Under the pieces are notes generated by a model. The model was not told the DNA's origin. It searched no databases and worked only from the letters and a program-made list of their open reading frames with translations. Made by a program: the position numbers and the translations under genes. A DNA stretch of 64,000 bases from an uncultured Gammaproteobacteria bacterium (GTDB taxonomy: Bacteria; Patescibacteriota; Patescibacteriia; Patescibacteriales; UBA12465), in NCBI GenBank assembly GCA_964570655.1, contig CAZMYU010000002.1, positions 11,367 to 75,366 on the forward strand, given 5' to 3'. Below are positions 18,976-26,628 of the stretch, in pieces. Each line of letters begins with the position of its first letter. The first letter of the stretch is position 1.

Positions 18976-19092
18976 ATTCAAAACTCAAAACTCAAGATTC
19001 AAAACTACAACGCAAATGTCAAAGTTAATAATTCAATTAGTTTTTAGTTTTAAGATGTGGTTTTGACTTTTGCATTTTGAATTTTGAGTTTT
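18976..19092. repeat. Heptamer-arm inverted repeat, copy 1
   Basis: (TCAAAAC)-like units with CAAAACTACAAC, then GATGTGGTTTTGA and (TTTTGAR)n. Confidence 0.9.
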
Positions 19093-19103
19093 CATTTTTT
19101 ATT

Positions 19104-19472
19104 ATGACTTTATATATAGACACTGCCAGTAATGACTTTATAATTTTGGGCTTGAAGTCTGGAGTTAATTTTGTGCTTAAAAAAAAGATTTCGGCGCATC
19201 GTCAGCAATCTGAGAAACTAATAAAAAATATTGATAAAATTTTGGCATTAAAAAAAATAGCCCCCAGCAAAATAAGAGCCATTGAAGTTGTTAATGAGGG
19301 TGATAGTTTTACGGCTCTCAGAATAGGGGTGATTACTGCCAATACCTTGGCTTATGCTTGGGGCTTACCAGTTTTGCCCACCAATAAAAAAGGTTTAAAA
19401 TCTAAAAATAAAATAAATTTGGCCATTCCGATTTATAGCCGTGAACCGGAGATTGGCCAAAAGAAGATATGA
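19104..19472 (+). CDS. tsaB: tRNA t6A biosynthesis protein TsaB, short form
   Basis: LYIDTA, QSEKLI, SFTALRIG..TANTLA and PIYSREP. The start is the ATG at 19104; the track start lies inside the repeat. Confidence 0.8.
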   Translation: MTLYIDTASNDFIILGLKSGVNFVLKKKISAHRQQSEKLIKNIDKILALKKIAPSKIRAIEVVNEGDSFTALRIGVITANTLAYAWGLPVLPTNKKGLKSKNKINLAIPIYSREPEIGQKKI

Positions 19473-20848
19473 AAAAAATTATCATTATAATTTTGATTGT
19501 TTTCGCTCTGGGGATTTTTTTGCCAGTAGAAGCTGCTAGTTTGTCTGGTAAAATACTGCTACAAACCGAGGATCGCGGGCAAGCCTGGTATGTAAGTCCA
19601 TTAAATAATCAAAGATATTATCTGGGGACTTCTACTTCGGCTTTTAATGTTTTCAAAAAATTGAGTTTGGGAATTACTAATCGTGATTTTTATCGAGCCG
19701 CTATTTATAAACCAGCTCGGCTGGCCGGACAGATTCTTCTTAAAGTTCAGGATCGTGGGCAATTGTATTATATTGAGCCCAAGACTTATAATTTTTATCA
19801 AATCAAAAATGCCGAAGAAGCCGACAAATTGATTAAGCGTTATGGGGTGGGAGCAACTAATAATGATTTGGCTAAAGCCACCATCAACAAACTTAATTTG
19901 CCCGCTGATTTTTATACGAAAGCGAACACTAGTTCAACTACAGCGGCTAGCTCTAGTAATTTAACAGCTGATCAAAAATTATTACATTTCACTTGGAAGT
20001 ATAAAAATCGTCCTTTTTATTTAAACTTGGTATTGAGCACTAGTCTTTATAATCAATATAAAAATGCGGACAAATTCTTGTCTTATCCAGAAAATCAGCC
20101 TCCGGAAAATATTCGTAATAGTTTTTACGATATTTTCTTGCAAGAAAAAACTGGTGATAGCACTCTGGCCACAGTGGCTAGCAGATTAAAGGCGATTGCG
20201 GCCAGTCAAGGTTTTAGTGCTGATGAAACTGTTGAATTTGTCATGGCTATGGTGCAATTTATGCCTTATGATACTAGTAAAGAGATTGCCAAAAATCAAT
20301 TAAATTTTCCTTACGAAACTTTGTATCTAAACAAAGGGGTTTGCTCAGACAAAACTTTTTTGGGTTTAGCTTTGCTACGTCAAATGGGTTATGGCGCTGT
20401 TGTTTTTGATTATCCTAGTAGTAATCATGCAGCAGTGGCTGTCCAGTGTCCACTGGAGCTCTCTACGCATGGCTCTGGTTATTGTTATATTGAAACTACT
20501 AATTATTTTCCGATTGGTTTGGTTCCAGAGGCTTTGGCCTCTGGTCAGGCCGAAACTCCTGATGATTTGAGCGATGTTTTTAGCGATACTAGCTTGGGTG
20601 CTTATGAGTCTTATCAAACCACCACTGGGCTGGTCTATAATGGTATTGCCTCCACTACTGATACTATTAATGAATTGAAAATACTCCGCCAGGGAATTGA
20701 TAGTCTAAATACTGAATTAGAAACTCTGAAAACTCAGATTAATAGTGGCAGTTCGAATTTGATTGCTGATTATAATTCTCAATATAGCTTATACTCACAA
20801 AAAATCGATTATTATAACGCTAAACTGAAAAACCTTTATCAACAATAA
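19469..20848 (+). CDS. Secreted transglutaminase-like protein with a duplicated N-terminal GxILLQ..RGQxxY module
   Basis: Signal peptide, two GxILL(Q/K)xxDRGQxxY repeats, and putative catalytic motifs GVCSDKT, NHAAVAV and YIETT. Confidence 0.7.
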   Translation: MKKIIIIILIVFALGIFLPVEAASLSGKILLQTEDRGQAWYVSPLNNQRYYLGTSTSAFNVFKKLSLGITNRDFYRAAIYKPARLAGQILLKVQDRGQLYYIEPKTYNFYQIKNAEEADKLIKRYGVGATNNDLAKATINKLNLPADFYTKANTSSTTAASSSNLTADQKLLHFTWKYKNRPFYLNLVLSTSLYNQYKNADKFLSYPENQPPENIRNSFYDIFLQEKTGDSTLATVASRLKAIAASQGFSADETVEFVMAMVQFMPYDTSKEIAKNQLNFPYETLYLNKGVCSDKTFLGLALLRQMGYGAVVFDYPSSNHAAVAVQCPLELSTHGSGYCYIETTNYFPIGLVPEALASGQAETPDDLSDVFSDTSLGAYESYQTTTGLVYNGIASTTDTINELKILRQGIDSLNTELETLKTQINSGSSNLIADYNSQYSLYSQKIDYYNAKLKNLYQQ

Positions 20849-20849
20849 A

Positions 20850-20887
20850 ATCTGGGGTCTGACCCCAGATGGGGTCAGACCCCATCT
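20850..20887. repeat. Doublet of 13-bp palindromes
   Basis: GGGGTCTGACCCC (20854), agat, GGGGTCAGACCCC (20871). Confidence 0.9.
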
Positions 20888-20915
20888 TGACATTTTGGCT
20901 CTAATAATTTATTAT
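20887..20915 (+). promoter_or_regulatory. rpsB promoter
   Basis: TTGACA, 17 nt, TATTAT. Confidence 0.7.
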
Positions 20916-20954
20916 AAACCCAGAGGTTTTGGCCTCTTTTATTAATTAATAAAA

Positions 20955-21002
20955 CATCACATTTCCGATTTTTCTTCCCTGAAAGGGGCCGGAAATGGGC
21001 GT
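20955..21002 (+). ncRNA. Candidate ribosomal protein S2 autoregulatory leader
   Basis: Stem CATTTCCG/CGGAAATG with an inner CCCT-gaa-AGGG hairpin, in the rpsB 5' UTR. Confidence 0.45.
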
Positions 21003-21015
21003 TAAAAAGAAAATT

Positions 21016-21708
21016 ATGTCTAAATTAGGTATTGAAGAGCTTTTTAAAGCTGGGGCGCATTTTGGGCACCGGACTAACCGCTGGCATCCTAAGATGAAGC
21101 CTTTTATTTTTAGCTCAAAAAAGGGGGTCTATGTTATTAATTTGAACAAGACCCAAGAGATGCTGGACTCAGCTTTGGAATATATGACTAGGCTAGTTCA
21201 AGAAGAAAAGACTATTTTGTTCGTGGGTACCAAGAATCAAGTGAAAAAAACCTTAGAAGACACGGCCAAAGATATTAATATGCCGTATGTTTCTGGAAAA
21301 TGGTTGGGCGGTTATTTGACCAACTTTGCGGTGATTAAAAAATCTATCAAAAAATATCAGGACCTAGTGATGATGAGAGAAAGTGGTAAGATGGACAAAT
21401 ACAAAAAGAAAGAACGTTTAAATATTGATCGCGAGATCAAAAGACTAGAAGCTCGCTTGGGCGGACTAGTCAACTTGAATAAATTGCCAGACGCTATGTT
21501 TGTCTGGGATATCAAGGAAGAGTCCACGGCCATCGTAGAGGCTAATAAAAAGAATATTCCCATTATTGCTGTTTGCGATACCAATGTTAATCCGGATTTA
21601 GTAAAGTATCCAATTCCGGCCAATGATGATTCTTCCAAAACTGTGAAATTAATTTTGGGAGCGGTCAAAGAAGCGGTTTTGGCCGCGAAAGCAACTAAAA
21701 AAGAATAA
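21016..21708 (+). CDS. rpsB: 30S ribosomal protein S2
   Basis: AGAHFGH, WHPKM, LFVGTK, WLGGYLTN, DTN.NP and PANDD; likely start is the ATG at 21016. Confidence 0.98.
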   Translation: MSKLGIEELFKAGAHFGHRTNRWHPKMKPFIFSSKKGVYVINLNKTQEMLDSALEYMTRLVQEEKTILFVGTKNQVKKTLEDTAKDINMPYVSGKWLGGYLTNFAVIKKSIKKYQDLVMMRESGKMDKYKKKERLNIDREIKRLEARLGGLVNLNKLPDAMFVWDIKEESTAIVEANKKNIPIIAVCDTNVNPDLVKYPIPANDDSSKTVKLILGAVKEAVLAAKATKKE

Positions 21709-21715
21709 AAATAAT

Positions 21716-22510
21716 ATGGAACAAATAAAATTATTACGTGAAAAAACTGGAGCCGGGATGGTGGACTGCAAAAAAGCTCTAGATGAATCTGGCGGTGATT
21801 TAGATAAAGCCGTAGAAATTTTACGAAAAAAAGGAATCGCTAAAGCCTCCAAACGAAGCGATCGCGAAGCGCGGGAAGGCGTGGTGATGGTGGCGGTAAA
21901 TAGCGAGGGAACCGAAGGCTATATCATGGAGATAAACGCCGAAACTGATTTCGTTGCCAAAAACGAAAAGTTTTTAGGTTTGGCTCAACAGATTTTTGAA
22001 TTGATCAAAACCAAGAAACCAGCGAGCTTAGAAGCATTGTTGGCCGAAACTATTGATGGTCTTAGCGTGGCTGATAGTTTGGCGAATCTCAGCGGAACTA
22101 TTGGTGAAAAAATGGAATTAAAAGATTTTGCTATAGTCAGCGGCCCTAGCGTAGCTGTTTATTCTCATTTGGGTGGTAAGATTGGCGCGGTTGTAGCTCT
22201 AGATCAGGCTGGACAAGCTAATTTGGCTGTAGACATGGCTATGCAAGTAGCAGCCGCTAATCCTAAATATTTAAATGTTGAAGATGTTCCAGCAGAAGAG
22301 GTCAATAAAGAAAAAGACATTTATCGTGAACAATTACTAAAAGAAGGCAAACCCGAGGCGATGCTTGATAAAATTGCTGAAGGTAAGCTGGGAAAATATT
22401 ACTCCGAAGTTTGTTTGGTCAAACAGGAATACATCAAGGATGACAAGCAGACTGTTGAACAGATTTTGAAAGGCATCAAGATTCAAAAGTTTGTTCGCTA
22501 CTCTCTATAA
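21716..22510 (+). CDS. tsf: Elongation factor Ts
   Basis: LREKTGAGMVDCKKAL, ETDFVA and GKPE. Confidence 0.98.
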   Translation: MEQIKLLREKTGAGMVDCKKALDESGGDLDKAVEILRKKGIAKASKRSDREAREGVVMVAVNSEGTEGYIMEINAETDFVAKNEKFLGLAQQIFELIKTKKPASLEALLAETIDGLSVADSLANLSGTIGEKMELKDFAIVSGPSVAVYSHLGGKIGAVVALDQAGQANLAVDMAMQVAAANPKYLNVEDVPAEEVNKEKDIYREQLLKEGKPEAMLDKIAEGKLGKYYSEVCLVKQEYIKDDKQTVEQILKGIKIQKFVRYSL

Positions 22511-22529
22511 TTATTTATAATTCATTATT

Positions 22530-23348
22530 ATGCATTTAGCTCAAGTCCAATTTTCGGCCTGGGATAAAAAGTATTCTTTTTATTTCGAAGATTTAGAATT
22601 AAAAGAAGGCGACCAGGTCGTGGTAGACACTGAGTTGGGTTTGGAATTGGGCCAGGTGTCAGGAATTTCTGAAGGTCCAGATGAAGCCCCAGAAATAAAA
22701 CCGGTAGTTCGTTTGGCGACTGCCTCGGATTTGTCTAAGGTTAATAATAAAAAATTAAAAAAAGAAGCTCTTAATTTTTGTTTGGATCTCATCAAAAAAT
22801 ACGATTTACCTATGAAGCTGGTGGACGTTCGTTTGTCGCTCAGTGGTTCTCGGCTCAATTTTGCTTTTGCCGCTGAAGGTCGGGTTGATTTCCGGCAACT
22901 AGTCAAAGATTTAACCACTCATTTTAATACGGCTATTCGGCTTACTCAAATTGGGGCTCGAGATGAGGCCCGAGTCAATGGCGATTGTGGACATTGCGGA
23001 CAAAATTTGTGTTGCCGGGGATTTATCAAGGAATTCTCTTCTATTAGTTCCGAGATGGCTGAAGGTCAGCAAGTAGTGCATCGCGGTAGTGATCGGATTT
23101 CGGGGATGTGCGGTCGGCTGATGTGTTGCCTGGCTTATGAATATGATGGATATCAGGAAATGGCCAAAAAACTTCCGCCTCTAGGAGCTAAAGTGAATGT
23201 GGATGGTCGGCGCGGAGAAGTTATCGGTCATCACGTGCTCAAGCAGTCAGTAGATGTGAAATTTAAAGGGGACAAGGATGGAGATTACGTAGTTGCCGAA
23301 GTAGACTTAAATCGACATAATAAAAAAGATAAAAAAATCGCCCAGTAA
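22530..23348 (+). CDS. ricT: PSP1-domain Fe-S protein (RicT/YaaT family)
   Basis: GRVDFRQLVKDL, QIGARDEA, CGHCGQNLCC and SGMCGRLMCCLAYE. Confidence 0.9.
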   Translation: MHLAQVQFSAWDKKYSFYFEDLELKEGDQVVVDTELGLELGQVSGISEGPDEAPEIKPVVRLATASDLSKVNNKKLKKEALNFCLDLIKKYDLPMKLVDVRLSLSGSRLNFAFAAEGRVDFRQLVKDLTTHFNTAIRLTQIGARDEARVNGDCGHCGQNLCCRGFIKEFSSISSEMAEGQQVVHRGSDRISGMCGRLMCCLAYEYDGYQEMAKKLPPLGAKVNVDGRRGEVIGHHVLKQSVDVKFKGDKDGDYVVAEVDLNRHNKKDKKIAQ

Positions 23349-23359
23349 GGCGATTTTTT
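23332..23359 (+). terminator. Intrinsic terminator overlapping the ricT stop
   Basis: AAAAAATCGCC-cagtaa-GGCGATTTTTT. Confidence 0.75.
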
Positions 23360-23377
23360 GTTGTTGCCAGAAGGGAT

Positions 23378-23525
23378 AAACCCGTCAGGGGGTGTTTTGG
23401 AGCGCATACGGTTTTGTAGAGGGAAATAAATTTGGAGCCAGGCTCCAATTGAGCCAGGAGCCTGGCTCCAAATTTATTTCCCCACAGAAATCGTCTAAGC
23501 GGAAAAATACGCCCCTGACGGGTTT
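23378..23525. repeat. 148-nt rod-like hairpin containing a 13-bp palindrome doublet
   Basis: Outer stem AAACCCGTCAGGGG/CCCCTGACGGGTTT, an internal bubble, and a perfect 26-bp inner stem GGGAAATAAATTTGGAGCCAGGCTCC. Confidence 0.85.
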
Positions 23526-23604
23526 TTTAAGGAAATGCCCGCCAGTATTTTTCCTTTTGCTTAAATTTATGATATAATTTTATTGTATTATTAAATTATT
23601 ATAA

Positions 23605-23634
23605 ACCTGGATCCTGGCCTTCGCCAGGATGACA
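23605..23634. repeat. 30-bp REP-like hairpin, copy 1
   Basis: ACCTGGATCCTGGCCTTCGCCAGGATGACA, identical to 52441-52470. Confidence 0.9.
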
Positions 23635-23648
23635 ATTAAAATAACTTT

Positions 23649-24659
23649 ATGATTAATCTAGCCATTAATGGTTTTGGTCGTATCGGCCGAGCCGCTTGTA
23701 AGATAATTTTGGATGAGCATAAAAATATAAATTTGGTAGCCGTTAACGATCTCACCGATACTGCTACTTTGGCTCATTTACTCAAATACGATTCCTGTTA
23801 TGGTCAGTATAAAAAAGAGATCAAATCAGACAAAAATCATGTCATTATTGGAAGCAAAAAGATTTTGGTACTCGCTGAAAAAGATCCCAGCCTTTTGCCT
23901 TGGAAAGATTTGAAGATTGACGTGGTTTTGGAATGTACCGGTCGCTTTACCAATAAGGAGGGTTTAATGAATCATATCAAAGCCGGAGCTCGCAAAGTAA
24001 TTTTATCGGCTCCAGCCAAGGGAAAGGAAGATCACGTGAAGACAGTAGTTTTGGGAGTTAATGAAAAGAGTATTAAAAAAACTGACAAAATGTTGTCTTG
24101 TGCTTCTTGTACTACCAATTGTTTGGCGCCGGTCGCCGAGATTGTTCGGAAAAATTTTGGGATCAAAAAAGCCATTATGACCACTGTTCATTCCTATACT
24201 GCTGATCAAAATCTCGTGGATGGACCACACAAAGATTTGCGTCGAGCTAGAGGCGCCGCTATTAATATTATTCCGACGACCACTGGGGCGGCGATAGCTA
24301 CGACTGAAACTATTCCGAGTTTAAAAAATAAATTTGATGGTTTGTCGGTTCGGGTGCCCACTCCAGTTGGATCTTTATGCGACATCGTCTTTTTGACTAG
24401 CAAAAAAGTGACCCCTGAGAAAGTTAGCGCTGTATTTAAAAAAGCCGCCAAAACTGCCTATTATCAAAAATTAATTTTGGCCAGTGATTTACCTCTAGTT
24501 TCTACTGATATTATTGGTGATGCCCATAGTTCGATCGTTGATCTATCGATGACCAAGGTAGTTGATGGTGATTTGCTCAAAATTGTCGCCTGGTATGATA
24601 ATGAATGGGGTTATTCTAATCGACTAGTAGAGCTAGCTGAACATTTTGCTAAAATGTAA
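23649..24659 (+). CDS. gap: Type I glyceraldehyde-3-phosphate dehydrogenase
   Basis: INGFGRIGR, ASCTTNCLAP, HSYTADQ and WYDNEWGYS. Confidence 0.98.
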   Translation: MINLAINGFGRIGRAACKIILDEHKNINLVAVNDLTDTATLAHLLKYDSCYGQYKKEIKSDKNHVIIGSKKILVLAEKDPSLLPWKDLKIDVVLECTGRFTNKEGLMNHIKAGARKVILSAPAKGKEDHVKTVVLGVNEKSIKKTDKMLSCASCTTNCLAPVAEIVRKNFGIKKAIMTTVHSYTADQNLVDGPHKDLRRARGAAINIIPTTTGAAIATTETIPSLKNKFDGLSVRVPTPVGSLCDIVFLTSKKVTPEKVSAVFKKAAKTAYYQKLILASDLPLVSTDIIGDAHSSIVDLSMTKVVDGDLLKIVAWYDNEWGYSNRLVELAEHFAKM

Positions 24660-24666
24660 AAGCTTT

Positions 24667-24840
24667 ATGGAAATAATTAAAATCCCATTAGCCAAAAGGA
24701 AAAAGGCCATTAATCGAGCGCACCGAGAAATCGAGCTGGAGAATGCGGTGGGTTTCAAATCCAAAGAAGTTGCTCATACTAACAAAAAAAAATATAAACG
24801 TCAGACTAAGCACAAAAAAGGCTGGCAGATTCATGATTAG
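24667..24840 (+). CDS. Small basic protein, possibly ArfA-like
   Basis: 57 aa from the ATG at 24667; fills the gap-hydB interval; C-terminal HTNKKKYKRQTKHKK. Confidence 0.55.
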   Translation: MEIIKIPLAKRKKAINRAHREIELENAVGFKSKEVAHTNKKKYKRQTKHKKGWQIHD

Positions 24841-24845
24841 TTTTT

Positions 24846-25847
24846 ATGATTGATATCATTTCTAAAATTAAAAAAGCTGGCCTAGTTGGTCGCGGTGGAG
24901 CGGCCTTTCCAACCGCTATTAAATGGCAGGCCGTTAAAGACGCGACTGGAGTCAAAAAATTTGTCGTTATCAATGGAGCTGAGGGGGAGCCTGGAGTTTT
25001 AAAAGATGGTTATATTATTGAACATTATCCGGATCTGGTACTCACTGGTGCTAAATTAGCTTTGGAGTATTTACGAGCTGACAAAATTTATTTGTATCTC
25101 AAAGATGAATATTATCAGAAAAATAAAAACAAAATAATCAAGACGGCTAAAAGTTTGGGGCTGATAGAAAAGTTAATAATTTTCCCGAAGCCCCATGACG
25201 TTGGTTATATTGGTGGGGAAGAGAGTGCTCTTCTAAATATTATCGAAGGACAAAGAGTCGAGCCACGTAAGCGCCCGCCTTTTCCAACTGTCAGTGGTCT
25301 ATTTGGCTGTCCGACTTTGATTAATAATATCGAAACTTTTTATAATGTGGCTTTAGTGGCAGGCGGTCAATACAAAAATGATCGTTTTTATACTATTGGA
25401 GGCTTGGCGGATAATCCGGGAGTTTATTGTTTGAGTGCTAATTTGAATATGGATCAGGTTTTAAAGATTACGAAAAATTATCCGACCTGGCCTTTTTTTG
25501 TGCAAGTTGGGGGTGATGCCGCTGGAATAGTCTTGAATCGACATCAACTCGATGCTCCGGCTAGCGGAGCAGCTTCCATTACTATTCATCATTTAGACAA
25601 ACATGATCATCTGAAAATGTTTAAATATTGGCTCAAGTTTTTCAAAGACAGCGCTTGTGGCCAGTGTGTGCCAGGACGAGAAGGGACCTATCGTTTGGAG
25701 GAAATGTTTAAAAATAAAATTCCGGATATTTATGCTTTTCAAGATATTTTGGATGACCTCGAGACTTCGGCTTTCTGCGCTTTGTGTGCCGAAGCCCCGA
25801 TTCCTATCAAAAGCTATTTAAAAAATATTATGCATTTAAGAAAATAA
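24846..25847 (+). CDS. Minimal NuoF/HydB-like NADH-binding flavoprotein subunit
   Basis: GRGGAAFP, NGAEGEPG, GGEESALL, PRKRPPFP, NNIETF, an SLBB region and CGQC...CALC. Confidence 0.9.
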   Translation: MIDIISKIKKAGLVGRGGAAFPTAIKWQAVKDATGVKKFVVINGAEGEPGVLKDGYIIEHYPDLVLTGAKLALEYLRADKIYLYLKDEYYQKNKNKIIKTAKSLGLIEKLIIFPKPHDVGYIGGEESALLNIIEGQRVEPRKRPPFPTVSGLFGCPTLINNIETFYNVALVAGGQYKNDRFYTIGGLADNPGVYCLSANLNMDQVLKITKNYPTWPFFVQVGGDAAGIVLNRHQLDAPASGAASITIHHLDKHDHLKMFKYWLKFFKDSACGQCVPGREGTYRLEEMFKNKIPDIYAFQDILDDLETSAFCALCAEAPIPIKSYLKNIMHLRK

Positions 25848-25857
25848 TAAAAATTTT

Positions 25858-26628
25858 ATGGAAAACACTAACCCGTCCTCGGTGGCTCCAATACCAACCA
25901 TAAAGGACTACAACTTGAATCTCCGAGGAATTGGAGACCTAATGAGAGATGCTATCAAAACATACAAAAATAATTGGAAAAAATTTGTAACCCTTATGCT
26001 CTTGGGTTTTCTTTCCTCAGTTCCTTATTTGGTGCTCACTATGATTGTGGGCGTTGAAGGCAAAGATATTTCGGCTCTTTGGTTTTTGTTAATTTTTGTC
26101 TTGTTTTTGGTGACTTTTTATTTTTCCGTTAGGATCCAAGCGGCTATTTTGTTTATTATTAAAGACGAAAAATTAACTTGGAAGCTGGCCTTTATTGCCG
26201 GTCGAAAATATTTTTGGCGAATAGTAGGTTTGACTCTTTTGACCTTTCTGTTTATTTTTCTATGGAGTTTGTTGTTTATAATTCCAGGATTAATTTTTGC
26301 CATTTTTTATTGCCTGGCTTCTTATATCTTGATTAATGAAGATTTGGGTGGTCGAAAGGCCATCAAAAGAAGTCGCCAGCTGATCAAGGGATTTTGGTGG
26401 GCGGTTTTTGCTCGTTTACTGCTATTATTTTTGATTCTCTTTATAGTTATGATGATTTTGTCTATTCCCACAGCCTTGCTTAATATGGTAGCTGTTTGGC
26501 TGGGTTCGGCTTATGCGATATTGGTAAATTTGGTGATTATGATGATTACGCCGGCAATTATGGTCTATATGTTTTTGATTTATAAAGATCTAAAAACTAT
26601 TAAAGATACTCCGGTAACTATCAAATAA
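25858..26628 (+). CDS. Multi-pass membrane protein (DUF975/GDPD-membrane-domain-like)
   Basis: About 5-6 hydrophobic helices and the LFIIPG..AIKRS..L.KG.WW pattern. Confidence 0.75.
   Translation: MENTNPSSVAPIPTIKDYNLNLRGIGDLMRDAIKTYKNNWKKFVTLMLLGFLSSVPYLVLTMIVGVEGKDISALWFLLIFVLFLVTFYFSVRIQAAILFIIKDEKLTWKLAFIAGRKYFWRIVGLTLLTFLFIFLWSLLFIIPGLIFAIFYCLASYILINEDLGGRKAIKRSRQLIKGFWWAVFARLLLLFLILFIVMMILSIPTALLNMVAVWLGSAYAILVNLVIMMITPAIMVYMFLIYKDLKTIKDTPVTIK

Noticed and set aside
23263-23577. Two short opposite-strand ORFs sharing EPGSKFIS
   Set aside because: They are by-products of translating the 148-nt palindrome on both strands.
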